Assembly (NCBI RefSeq): GCF_000150275.1 | Contig: NW_002060958.1 | Span: forward strand, 1,000,272 to 1,064,271 | Reading direction: 5' to 3' | DNA from: Trichoplax adhaerens | Taxonomy: Eukaryota; Animalia; Placozoa | Length of the DNA: 64,000 nucleotides | Shown here: piece by piece, positions 1 to 13,000 of the stretch | Position numbering within the stretch: position 1 is the first letter of the stretch | Layout: each line of letters opens with the position of its first letter | Notes under the pieces: model-generated | Database searches by the model: none | Seen by the model: the letters and a program-made list of their open reading frames with translations, nothing else | Told to the model about the DNA's origin: nothing | Translations under genes and position numbers: made by a program

Positions 1-2702
1 ATGAAATGTTTGTCAAATCAATTGAAGAGGTCTTTTAAGGCAAGAAAGTCATGGATCCAGTAGAGTAAAAGAGAGTAGAAGGTTAGGAGGAGAAAAATAA
101 AACGTTTGTCAAATCAATTGAAGAGATCAAGACAAGAAAGTCAACGGTTAACATGGAGGAAAAATCATCTTGTGGATGCGTCGAGTAGATAAAAGGAAAA
201 GCAAGACAATCCTATCCACATGGACGATAGCGTATCGCACTGTCTGTGCCACTATTGGAAATGATTTTTTCCTCCTGCATCGTTGGGAACTTGAAATGGA
301 GAGACGATATGGAAAAGGGTAAAGTAGAAACACTCAAAATAACAACCACTACAACAATAATTGCATAACGAGAAAATGGTCTAGTTCATGGTGGCAAAAC
401 TCATCCAGTCGGTCCTATGGCAGTAATTGCATTTTCAAAATAGACTCCTACACCACAATATACGAGATCCTTTTGTAGACGACCGCAGGTACACAGTTGT
501 CAGAACAAGTAGAAATGGGGAAAGAGGGAAATGGGATAAGCATCATCACTTTATCAATAAGGAATCGGTTGTCTATGACGATAGAAGAGGATGATTTCTT
601 CTTGTAAAGGATTGGCTACAGCGTCGTAAAATAGGAATGGGGGGAGAAAAACAAAAAAACAAATATTTCTACAAAATGGGAAAAGGGTCAAGAAAGAACA
701 TTCCATTTCTTCCCTTTCTACACAACTGGCTAGCATATCCTAAGAGATGGAAAACTACCCTTCCACATAATTTTGAATAGCAAGCGATGCATGATTGATG
801 ATGATTTATTTTCAACAATAAGGTGGAAGAATCATCATCGGCCTGGCCAAAAATGCCTTGCGGTTGTTCCTCTCGTAAAGGATACAATGATGGATCATGG
901 CGCAGGGAGAATAATCATCGTCGTTGTCAGAAAGGGAATGGATAATATACTGTGATGATGATGGGTAGACTGCTGTTATCCATGCAAGACAACGACGGCT
1001 ATGAGAATGTTCAATTTCTTGCCATGTTGTGTTTTGGTTATCCTACAGGGGCTTGGTGATTGTAGACTACTGTATTGAATCCTTAAGATTGGATGCAAAA
1101 TGCCATGATGGATCAAATGATTTCATTGCAGTTGGCGTGGAAAATCAATCATTTCTTTGCCATTCAAGTCAACGCTAGCTACTATGGCGTATCCATTGCC
1201 ATGGCTAGCTTATGACGAAATGAATAGATGATGGGCAAAATAGAATAAGGAATCATGGAGACAAGAAAGAGAAAGGGAGAAAATGAAAATGTTTTGTTTT
1301 TGGGTCTTCTTTCAATCTTTTGATGCAATGTTGGCATGATTGTCCACTACCACTTTGAGTTATTGAGATAGCGAGTCCAAGTTCATGTTTTCCCCTGCAA
1401 AACAACTCTGTCTTATAATGCTGTCCAACTATTGGTATGGACAATATTTTCCATCCAATCGATCAACATAATGCATTTTTAGGGAAAGGACTGACGATGA
1501 CGATTGGAGGCAAGCGCTCCAAGTCCAACTTTCAATATAGGCAAAAACATGGCGATAGGACATAAAAGGCAATGGATGGCCGTTTCCTTTTCAAGGCATT
1601 GGAATGATGATATCCATCATGGATTGATCAAAGTTGGTTTTTTCGACTAGTAGGCAGTTGAAATTGTAGTTGGTTTAATGGATTGGCCCAGTTGAAAAGT
1701 GATTAAGCAAGCGGTAGCGATCGATACCACAAGATGGATCGCTAGTTTGTCTTGTCATGATAAAGGCATCCGTGGATTTTCCAAGGTATCTCCATGGCAT
1801 TGCAAGGATCGTTTCAAAGTACTGTCTTGCCTTGGAATGGATAGAAATGGTTTGTCAATATTGCTCTTTGAAGCAAGCAGTAGCTACGTAGCAATAGTTT
1901 GTCGATGGCCCGGTTGAAATAACAACAAGGAAGTTATCCTCCATCGACCCTGGTTGATCGTCTCCGTTATGATGATGATGATGATGGCACAAGTGGATTT
2001 TGCTAGTTATTGGAAGGTATCAACATGACATTGAATCCATCTTGTTCAAGTAAAGTCTTTCTCTTGTAATGGATGATCGGTATGGATTTTAAGGGGTTCA
2101 ACAGTCTAGCAAGAGGAAGAGCAAGTCCATCGGTGATTGGAAGCATGAAGATCAATGCATAATGGCTAGTTAGCCAATATGGAACACGATGGATAATCGT
2201 TGTTGTTGTTGTTGTGGTCATGATGATTCAAGTGGATTTTGAAATGTCAAGAAAAAAAGGATTGCAATCATCTTTCAAAGTACTGAGGAATAGAGGAAAT
2301 TGATGGCATTCTTTTTTTGGGGGGGGGGGCAAAGTCTGCCCTTGTGGACTAGGCAGTAGAAATGATTGATTCATGGCCGTTTGAAAAGAGAAGAAAGAAG
2401 AGCATGATGAATGGACGACGGAGAGTCTTGCTATGGACAATGGTTGTGATGGATAGCACAAATCATGTTGTTGCTTTTTCAAATAGAACCTATCGACTTG
2501 GCAAGGATAAAGACAGTGAACCTTGCCATTGGAGAAAGAAAAGTGGCATGCTCGCCTTTGGCTTGGCCGGTCGCAAAAAGGGGAAAAAAAGAAGAAAAAA
2601 AAAAAACCAACACAACAAAAAAAAAAACCCAGATCGCATGGAAAAAGAAAAAGACCCTTTGGCAAGGATAGTCAGAATGGAGGAAAAAAATAACCGACTT
2701 AC

Positions 2703-3412
2703 CGTTGGGCTACTATAGCTGTATCGGCTGCATCTAATTCATCACAACTTTCACCACCAGAACTACTCTCGGTGACATCAGACCATTGCTCTTTCTCCAT
2801 CATCGTCAATTGATCATCCAGTTGGCCAAGCCAATGGTGGACATGATTGTGTTGTAAATTAAGTTGAGCTTGATGCGATGGTGGTTTTACATCCAGTTGA
2901 TTGAATTGTGGAGGCCATGTTGGTATGCGTTGACGCTTAAATTGACCAATAAACTGTTGTAGCGTGGTATGATGACGATGGAGGAATTGATTCCATGTTT
3001 CTTTCTCATGATGATGATTCATCATGGCTGTTAAAATAAGACGCGCTTGATAGCCATGTTGTTGCATGACTTGAGCCAATTCATCTTGGGCATGTTGCAT
3101 CATTTGAGTGGATTGAATTTGTCGACAACGTTGGACTAATTGCACTCTTCGATCGTCTAATTTCTCTTGACGTTGGCGTAATGCCTGTTGATGATGTTGA
3201 ATCCATTGTAAATGGGCATGGGAATCCATCCACTTGGCATCATCCTTGTCGACTACTGCAGCTGCTGCTGCTGCTGTGGTAGCCATGTTGTTCTTCTCGC
3301 CATCACACAGAAATCCTTGGTCATGGCGACCGCCATCGTGACTGTCACTTGCATCGCCGTCATGCCCGTCCATGGGCATTTTCTCGCCAACAGAAGTGGC
3401 TGGCATCACCAT
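2703..3412 (-). CDS. KANSL1: KAT8 regulatory NSL complex subunit 1 (KANSL1/NSL1) homolog, first coding exon; gene continues towards or beyond the left window edge
   Basis: The 237-aa ORF has a coiled coil (LRQRQEKLDDRRVQLVQRCRQIQSTQMMQH) followed by SDVTESSSGGESCDE, matching the KANSL1 motif DSDVTDSSSGGES. The ORF runs into a perfect donor CAACG|GTAAGT at 2702. The next conserved exon (RWxWLQ) was not found in 1-2700. Confidence 0.8.
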
Positions 3413-3774
3413 CTATGCCAAGCCACGATGATGAAAGAAAGGAGAGAACAAGTATGGGAAAAGAATCAATCCAAGACCTTAATTGCTGACTGAAAATCCA
3501 ATTTCTTCTCGACCTTCTTGTCCAGTTTGTGCGCGCCTTCTTCTCCCTCTATCGCCTATCATGCAACACCCGAGTCAGTCAGTCAGTCAACTGGGCCAGG
3601 CGAACCCAACCGGACCCAAACGGGCCCAACAAAACAACGCTAGAAAGCACGTGATCGCCTTGAACGGGTGACGTTCAAGGCGGCCGTGACTGGAAAAAAA
3701 TGGCGGCCGTCGTCCATTGGTCCGCCAACCGTACGGTACCATACCGTACCGTACCGTACTGGATCATCGGCTTC

Positions 3775-4480
3775 ATCGTACAGCATGGACTGGCAAGCGC
3801 AAACTTGCTATCACAGTATTCTGCACTGTAGTGATTGTACTGTACACTGTAGCCACTGTCCACAGTACTGTATGGAAAAATGCGCTTGGACAAGTGTACA
3901 GTACAGTACGTACACTGTAGTGATTGTCCACAGTATGGAAAAATGCTCTTGAAAAAGTGTACTGTACACTGTAGTCACTGTCCACAGTGTACTGTACTGT
4001 ACTGTATGGAAAAAACCGCTTGGACAAATGTACTATACACTGTAGTCAATGTCCACAGTACAGTACTGTATGGAAAAATGCTCTTGGAAAACTGTACTGT
4101 ACACTGTAGTCACTGTCCACAGTATGGAAAAAACCGCTTGGACAAGTGTACACTGTAGTCACTGTCCACAGCATGGAAAAATGCTTAGTAGTGATTGTAC
4201 TGTACACTGTAGTAACTGTGACCATCACTCCATCGTACTGTACACTGTACACTGTAGTCACTATCCACAGTATGGAAAAATGCTTTTTCCGCTTTTCATC
4301 CTACAGCATGGAAGCGCAAGCGCAAACTTCCCATCACTCTATTCCACATTGTAGTGACTGTCAACAGTATGGAAAATGCTTTTGCACAAGTGCCATAACT
4401 ATTGCAAACTTGCCATCACTCTATTCTACACTGTAGTGACTGGCAACACGGTGGAAAAATGCTTTTGCACAAGTGTTTGG
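3775..4480. repeat. Minisatellite of irregular 50-70 bp units built on TACTGTACACTGTAGT(C/G)ACTGTCCACAGTATGGAAAAA
   Basis: TATGGAAAA recurs at about 3871, 3935, 4005, 4069, 4123, 4271 and 4368. It generates the repetitive junk ORFs in the ORF track. Confidence 0.9.
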
Positions 4481-6200
4481 CGCTCGCATGTGGCCCAAAT
4501 ACAGCGTGATGCTCGGCTCCCAAAATCCAGTATCCACTGCTACAGTGGACAGCAAGTTCCACATAGTAAGTAACATACAGTAAGTACAGTACTGTGCACA
4601 CAGTTCATCCTCTACAGTGTACAGTGCACAGTACTGCAAGGGACAGGACCCGCATGGTACTGTACTCTCCATTGTTGACATTGTCATTTCATCATCCGGT
4701 AAAATCATCGAGGTCAGAAAAAAAAGAAAAAAAAAAACGCTTCCTTTTTTTTTCTCGATCTCTGCCTAAAACCATCAAGGAATCTTCTACTATACAGTAT
4801 AGAGTACAACAAAAGAAAACCCAAACGATGCATCATTCTACTGTACTCAGTAGTAGTAGTGCAGCAATCATGTTGATTGCATTCAGGGTTGTACAATGGA
4901 GTCAAAAGGCAACCCGAACCCGCTCAAACCCGATCCAACGGTTCCTTTTTGCAAACCCAAATGACGACAATCCCCTATACAAACACTGTATTACTACACC
5001 GATACTCCAGCCGAATCCCGCAAGTCGGGTTTCGGGTGGACTTTGCATTTTCCTGATTGCAATGCCACTACTGAGTAGTCCACATTTTGACAATGATCGA
5101 GAAAGAAATCAATCATTACCGCCCGCCGTACAAGTTCTCTTCTACCCTTCCTGCAGTACTGTGCTCATTTTCAACACTTTCTCTCGCCATCATCATTCAC
5201 AGAACGGCTAGAGAACAACTTCAGTATGGTAAAGCTACAGTACAAGTGCCTATCACTCGACGTCCATGTTGACTACAGGATTGACTTGGTCTCTTTCCAT
5301 TCGCCCAGTCCAACTTACGGTACACTGTACAGTACTTCGACATGGCTATGCTAGTCGGAGTCCTCCATGCTGTACTCATCTGGAAATAGATTCAGAAATG
5401 AACAGTCCCCCCCCCCCCCCAAAACCAAAAGAATCAAACCACATGATGAGTCTGAGGATCGCAGCACAGTGATGGAGAAGAAAGCGGAGCCATGTTGACG
5501 TTGCCGTACGTGTCCATAGTCACTGAGTCATCATACGGCAACGCAAACCAACCCTCCAACAAGTCGAGTTTGTATTGCTGTAACGGTTACATCATACTAA
5601 GAGCACACACGTGGAGCGTCACGACATCCTGACGTCCTGTTGTGGCTGCGCAAGAGGTCAAAAGGAAAGAAAGAAAAAATGGTGGCAAGCAGCAATGCCA
5701 ACAAACAACAAATCTTTTCAAATTCAAGGGCTAATTGCTCAAGCAATGACTTCAACTTGTAGTCTACTTTGTTGAAATAGCTTTACAAAGGGGTTATTCC
5801 AAATGGATGATGAGAAGGTAATCTTAATGTACTATACTTCTGACACAGCTGGTATCCAACGTGTGCGACCACTTGCATCATGCTTTGCATTTGGACTGCG
5901 CCGCCAAAATGGCCACAAGGAAAACGATCGTATACAGTGTTTGTCGTCGTTTCCTCTGCAGTAAACGGTGTATCTCCTCCATTGCTGCATCACCATATCG
6001 ACTCCGCTATTGGACTACCGGCCAAAATAAAATCATGTCTCTAACCAGTGACAATCAACACTGAATAGATTGTTCCACGCAGTGCATTACCAACGCATGG
6101 AAAATGAGCTCGGCAATACTACCCTGGACTATTTCATCCACAAATGCAAAATTACCGTACTGTCGTGACAGTATAAACTATATGCTTAACCATATATCAA

Positions 6201-6298
6201 CAGAGACTACTCCACTCAAAATTCTCCCTCAAAAGCCGTAACGAAAAAGTTTATTAGCTACGGCTTTTGAGGGACAATCTGTAGTGGAGTAATCCCTG
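6201..6298. other. Long imperfect inverted repeat (hairpin), about 40-bp arms with an 18-nt loop
   Basis: Left arm TACTCCACTCAAAATTCTCCCTCAAAAGCCGTA versus reverse complement of the right arm TACTCCACTACAGATTGTCCCTCAAAAGCCGTA. Confidence 0.85.
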
Positions 6299-6429
6299 CC
6301 AGCATCAATAACTTTTTGCTGCAATACTACGGTAATGGCGCCACCATGGAATAGACTGGATCATGCGTGTATAGATAGCACTATACGCGCAGGCAATAGC
6401 TCAACGTTGCTTTGAATAGGACATGATAA

Positions 6430-7830
6430 TCACAATCAGTCAACAATGTCACCAACTCAGGCTATCTCTCTAATAACTAATTATATACGTTAACATACAT
6501 GAAATAGCCTCATAATCAACAACCCTCTCTAAAATCATGATAATCATAATCAATCACCAACTCAAACTATCTCTCTAATAGCTAATTCTATGCACTGACA
6601 TTCATGAAATTGCCTCATAGTCAACAACATCACCAACTCAAGCTATCTATCTAATAACTAATTATATATGCTACATTAACATACGTGAAATTGCCTCATA
6701 ATCAACAACCCTCTCTAAAATCATGATAATCATAATCAATCAACAACATCACCAACTAGCTATCTAATAACTAATTATAGACATTAACTTACATCAAATT
6801 GCCTCATAATCAACAACATCACCAACTCAAGCTATCTATCTAATAACTAATTATATATGCTACATTAACATACGTGAAATTGCCTCATAATCAACAACCC
6901 TCTCTAAAATATTCGATAATCATAATCAATCAACAACATCTCAAACTAGCTATCTAATAACTAATTATAGACATTAACTTACATCAAATTGCCTCATAAT
7001 CAACAACATCACCAACTCAAGCTATCTATCTAATAACTAATTATATATGCTACATTAACATACGTGAAATTGCCTCATAATCAACAACCCTCTCTAAAAT
7101 CATGATAATCATAATCAATCAACAACATCACCAACTAGCTATCTAATAACTAATTATAGACATTAACTTACATCAAATTGCCTCATAATCAACAACATCA
7201 CCAACTCAAGCTATCTATCTAATAACTAATTATATATGCTACATTAACATACGTGAAATTGCCTCATAATCAGCAACCCTCTCTAAAATCATGATAATCA
7301 TAATCAATCAACAACATCTCAAACTAGCTATCTAATAACCAATTATAGACATTAACTTACATCAAATTGCCTCATAATCAACAACATCACCAACTCAAGC
7401 TATCTATCTAATAACTAATTATATATGCTACATTAACATACGTGAAATTGCCTCATAATCAACAACCCTCTCTAAAATCATGATAATCATAATCAATCAA
7501 CAACATCACCAACTCAAACTATCTTCTAATAACTAATTATAGACATTAACTTACATCAAATTGCCTCATAATCAACAACATCACCAACTCAAGCTATCTA
7601 TCTAATAACTAATTATATGTGCTACATTAACATACGTGAAATTGCCTCATAATCAACAACCCTCTCTAAAATCATGATAATCATAATCAATCAACAACAT
7701 CTCAAACTAGCTATCTAATAACTAATTATAGACATTAACTTACATCAAATTGCCTCATAATCAACAACCCTCTCCAAAATAATGATAATCATAAATAATC
7801 ACCAACTCAAACTATCCGTCTAATAATGAA
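6430..7830. repeat. Tandem satellite, about 190-bp period (about 7 copies), each made of three CAACAAC-initiated subunits of about 81, 38 and 70 bp; very G-poor on the + strand
   Basis: CAACAACATCACCAACTCAAGCTATC recurs at about 6622, 6811, 7001, 7190 and onward. Confidence 0.95.
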
Positions 7831-10415
7831 TTATATTATATAGATGAAGATACATCAACTACACATACCGTACAAAATAGAAATCTTACCGCCTTGCCAT
7901 CATATTCATATCCCTTCATCGGTCATCCTGATCTAATAAACACATGAAACGCATTGTCAATTTCAATTGAAAAAAACATCTAATCAATATTACCATATAC
8001 AATTCATCTCCGTAGGTCATAGTTCTGAAGGATCACTTAGCTGACCATAATTAGCGCAGTAGGAGATATTTTCAACATAAAATTCAATCAGTAGTGGAAG
8101 ATAAAATCCAACACAGCAAAAGCCATTTACTAAAATCATGAGTACACAGTCTATCTATATTTTCAAAGTCAGTTGCACCTAACCTCGACAGTATACGAGT
8201 AGATCAATCGGAGAAGTCATTACAAGCGCAATATTAGACGTCGAAAGACATTGACTAACTATATCTAATACGGTATATTTGATTTAAAAATTAGTTATGG
8301 CTAACTTTTATAGTACTGTCTAGATTAGTCTGACAGAAGTTATTACAAGCGAAATATTATGCATTACTTACTCAACTTCAATACAAATGCAACACATCAA
8401 ATCATATCGACTAAATAATAGACGCGTACACATATGGATTCAAAAATCAAAAATAATAATATACAGTATATTGGGGTATACGCGTCGATATACTGGACTA
8501 CTAAAACGAGAACGATGGGCTGATTTTTTCCCCCAAAAATGATAAGCGTCCATCTATTATTTTGTAGTGACCCTCTTTTACTTTTAGTAGTTCCTGATAC
8601 AGCAGTCTATCAACGATATGTTTTGTTATAGCGCATTGCGTGCAAAACTATCACCGGATCTCTATAAAATTAACCACATTAAACGCGTATATCAATCTAC
8701 TTAGCACATCTCCCATTTGAACCTGTAATTTCCTCAACAATAAGTATCACAGCAAATTATATATACTTCAATCACTAGATAGCGTAGTAAAATTGAGCCT
8801 TAATCTTTTAAAATGGGACATAATAGCCTTGTAATCATAGTGAGGTATACTTTTACTTTAATAACGTACGAAAAAAATACCATTGCCAAACTTCATTCCA
8901 CATAGTCTCCCAACGCTTAAAAATATACTACTACTGTACATGATTCAATTGGTAGTGGACACATTAACCCATGACATTGATGACGAGAATACAATATGGA
9001 GACACTACTCTACATATAGGAAAGGCAAGAAAAAACCAATAAACTTACCTCCTTTTCTAATCAATATTTACAACAGTATCGAATCAATGCAAGAATAGTA
9101 CTTCAAAACAGCTGAAAAAATTTTAGGCTATGCACACAGCATATTGTAATGATGTCAAAAGGGCTTCCAAAAATACAAAATGATATCCGTAGTCTTGGTC
9201 ATCATACCTTAATTTCGTGAAACCCTTTGGCGATGGTTCTGGTAGGGAATGATTCGTTGCTTTCAATAAATGGCGCAATTTACGACCGTTCAAACAGTCT
9301 TGATATTTATTCATTTCCGTTATGGAGCGATTACGCAGTATTCTGCAAGCATCCAGTCCCCTATACCCTATACAAGTACATGCGTTCGTATGCCCATTGG
9401 ACCTATTTGCAATGAGTCATAGTAACGCTAGCGATAAATTCTTGCCAGATATGAGCAAAATAGTTCAAATAAAGAAGCGTAATAAGGCAGTGATTGCTAT
9501 GCTAAGTATTACACTGGTTAATAGATCTAATAATGGTATTATTCTCAAGCTACCATACCAACTTCCAATAGCTACAATTGCTGGAAGGCTGCGCAAAATA
9601 ATATACCATTTTCCTGTAGTAGAGTAATATCAAAATAATGCTAGGCAGAAAGAGAGTTATCGAACCTTATTTCTAGCATTCATAAGCACGATAATCATGG
9701 GCTATAAAACATATTGCACCGTTTTAACTCTATCTTAAAAATTCCTACCTACAATCCAGTACTCTCCAATAACGTTAAAAGTAAATTGCTCGTCTGTCCT
9801 ACATTACATATTTAGCCATTCGACAAACGTAAGATAAAAGTAACATGCCAATTAACATCTTACAGTGAGTACCTAGAAGACAGCAGGTTAATTAAGGTTA
9901 AATAAATTTTCACGGTATATATGCCTTGTCAATCACTAGAGCGAATGCCACAAAAGACTGGAATATCAATCCACTACCCATAATACGAATCAATAAACAG
10001 TACAGTAAAATTAGAAACAAGTCAAAGTGGACAATAACGAAAGTACTGTACGAGAATGCACGTAGCCGGCGAAAGTGGGCCATATACTGTAGTTTGTGTC
10101 CCAAAAATAGTCATGGAAGGGGATATTCCAAGCGATTTTTCCTGAATTAAGAACTACAACAGTGCATACCCGTATATCGTAACTTTTTGTACTATTTACT
10201 GCACATCATCTGATGTTTAACGGTAAAACGAAATTTTCATAGAGGCCATCAGAACTTTACGGAAAAACGACCAAGGTATAACCTATAAAAATAATTTACA
10301 GAATATCAAACCCTAACATCTGGAAGGGATTTCAATCGAGCTTATTACCCTCTTTACTATACACCATCCCATGTTGAGCGGAGTTTGTTGTATGATATAT
10401 CCATACGTATCAAAG

Positions 10416-11700
10416 GAGAGTTACAAAGGCAAACACTTTACGCGAAATTTGCCGTTGAAACATGGGATCTACGTGTAGATGCATACATAAGTTATTACAC
10501 TCTTGAGTACACATCCAAAATTATTTTATGAACGGTAAGACAACATTTGAGGGAATCATTCAATACACATTGGTATCATTATACCATCCGACTTTTACGC
10601 TAAAATAGCATTAAGCAATAAATTTCCTTAATGGGACCTAGATAGAAGTACTACATTTTTATTCATTTTCGAGAATGACTAAACACACGTTGGCGTAAAT
10701 AAACCATCCGACTTTTGCGTTAAAATAGTATTTTAAGCAATAAATTTCCTTAATGGGACCTAGATAGTAGCATAACTTTTTTATTCATTTTTGTGAATGA
10801 CTCAGCACACGTTGGCGTAAATAAACCATCCAACTTTCGCCTTAAAATAGCATTAAGCAATAAATTGTCCTTAATTTAATGGAACATTTGAGGGAATGAT
10901 TCAATACACATTGGTATCATTATACCATCCAAATTTTACGATAAAATAGCATTAAGCAATAACTTTTCTTAATGGGACCTAGATAGGAGTTTAATGAACG
11001 GTAAAATAACATTTGAGGGAATCATTCAATATACATTGGTATCAATATACCATCCGACTTTTACGCTAAAATAGCATTAAGCAATAAATTTCCTTAATGG
11101 GACCTAGATAGAAGTACTACATTTTTATTCATTTTCGAGAATGATTCAACACACGTTGGCGTAAATAAACCATCCGACTTTCGCGTTAAAATAGCATTAA
11201 GCAATAAATTTCCTTAATAGGACCTAGAGAGGAGCACAACTTTTTTATTCATTTTGTGAATAATTCAACACCCATTGACGTACATAAACCATCCAACTTT
11301 CGCCTTAAAATAGCATTAAGCAATAAATTTTCCTTAATTTAATGAAACCTAGAAATGAATACAACTTCTATACATTTTTTGGTATCGTATATATCAAAAG
11401 ATGTTCATTTTCGTGAACGACTCAACACACATTGGTGTAAAGAAACCATCCGATTTGTATCATAGAATGATGTGCATGCAAATAATCAAAGTATATGAAT
11501 AATAGCGCTCAGCGAAATATCAAAATTGAACAGCGGATGATTTATTGATACCAATGTGTATTGAATTATTTACGAGAATATGGTTTTACCGCTAAACATC
11601 TGTTAACGTGTACCGAAAAGAGTATAAAAAATTGTGCTTGTATCTATGCGTAGATCCAATGAAGGAAATTTACGCAAAATATTTGCCTCAATAACTCTCT
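10416..11700. mobile_element. Foldback-like non-autonomous element: about 170-bp diverged terminal inverted repeats enclosing a tandem array of about 120-125-bp units related to those repeats
   Basis: 10416-10590 aligns with the reverse complement of 11534-11700 (GAGAGTTA..AGGCAAA..GGATCTACG..TAGAT..TTCAATACACATTGGTATCA..CATCCG). Internal direct units carry GG(G)ACCTAGA at about 10633, 10755, 10974, 11099 and 11219. No transposase, and no target-site duplication identified. Confidence 0.6.
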
Positions 11701-12039
11701 GTCATCCACATACATATTCCTTACAATAGATTTCACGGTTTATCTACTTTACGTTATGGCAATATTACATTACGTGCATGTAGGCTTAGAAATAGTATTA
11801 CACCCCATCTGGTAAAAACATTCCAGCTCATAATCCTTTTCTTAAATTTACACTTCATTAATATTTCATTAATGCTAGTAAGCTGCCTCCAAAGATAAGT
11901 TAATATTCATATTTACTTGGCAGAGATTGGCAATCTTAATTTTTTACACGTTATAGGACTGATCCTAATTGCGATATTTCAATCAATGCCACATATGTCA
12001 TTTCTCCTTTTCTCCCCACTCTTCCCAAAAACACAGTCG

Positions 12040-13000
12040 TCAATGAAATTCCAACTTGCTATGCCCTGTCTTCAACGGGTACGCACTTGTCAATGTATTG
12101 AGTATTTACTACACAACGTGCAAACAATCATTTAGACTTTACGGACTCTGTCATCTTTAGACAAGTGTTTTAACCATTAATTTCATGATAAGAACATATG
12201 GATATCAACGAATTATCGCCATATTTATTTTAAGGTTAAATAAAGTCTAAATTATCGAACTCAGGCGACATTTGATCGTGGATCGTTAATATACCAATAG
12301 ACCATAATAACAGTAATTTAATTAGCACATCGTTGTAAATGGATTACTTTATTACTTTCCTTTGCATATTATTTAATACAACTGTCTTTACGCCGCTATC
12401 ATTCGATACACATTGGTGCTAATGAAATTCCAACTTGCTATGCCTTGTCTTCTTCAACGGGTACGCACTTGTCAATGTATTGAGTATTTACTACACAACC
12501 TGCAAACAATTATTTTGTCTTAGAGAAGTATTTTAATGATTATAAAGTAGTTTTATACATTAAATCATCCAACTCAGGCGATATTTGATCGTGGTTCGTT
12601 AATATACCAATAGACCATAATAACAGTAATTTAATTAGCACATCGTTGTAAATGGATTACTTTATTACTTTCCTTTGCATATTATTTAATAAAACTGTCT
12701 TTACGCCGCTATCATTCGATACACATTGGTGCTAATGAAATTCCAACTTGCTATGCCTTGTCTTCTTCAACGGGTACGCACTTGTCAATGTATTGAGTAT
12801 TTACTACACAACCTGCAAACAATTATTTTGTCTTAGAGAAGTATTTTAATGATTATAAAGTAGTTTTATACATTAAATCATCCAACTCAGGCGATATTTG
12901 ATCGTGGTTCGTTAATATACCAATAGACCATGATAACAACAATTTAATTAGCACATCGTTGTAAATGGATTACTTTTATTACTTTACTTTGCAGATTATT
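12040..13000. repeat. Tandem repeat, about 313-bp unit, about 3 copies
   Basis: AATGAAATTCCAACTTGCTATGCC at about 12042, 12421 and 12734; copies 2 and 3 are nearly identical. Confidence 0.95.

Noticed and set aside
2228-2718. K-rich and F-rich ORFs of 68-145 aa
   Set aside because: Poly-A/T low-complexity sequence at the start of KANSL1 intron 1.
3668-4708. Many overlapping 60-100-aa ORFs rich in C, T, V and Y
   Set aside because: They are translations of the TACTGT minisatellite in all frames and show no protein signal.
4912-5037. ACCCGAACCCG ... CGGGTTTCGGGT imperfect inverted repeat (possible MITE)
   Set aside because: Arms are only about 12 bp and imperfect, with no target-site duplication seen. 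Too weak without a genome-wide search.
4594-5211. 205-aa + strand ORF
   Set aside because: It has a non-ATG start, crosses poly-A/T runs and TAC repeats, and has no recognisable motif. Probably chance in GC-richer promoter DNA.
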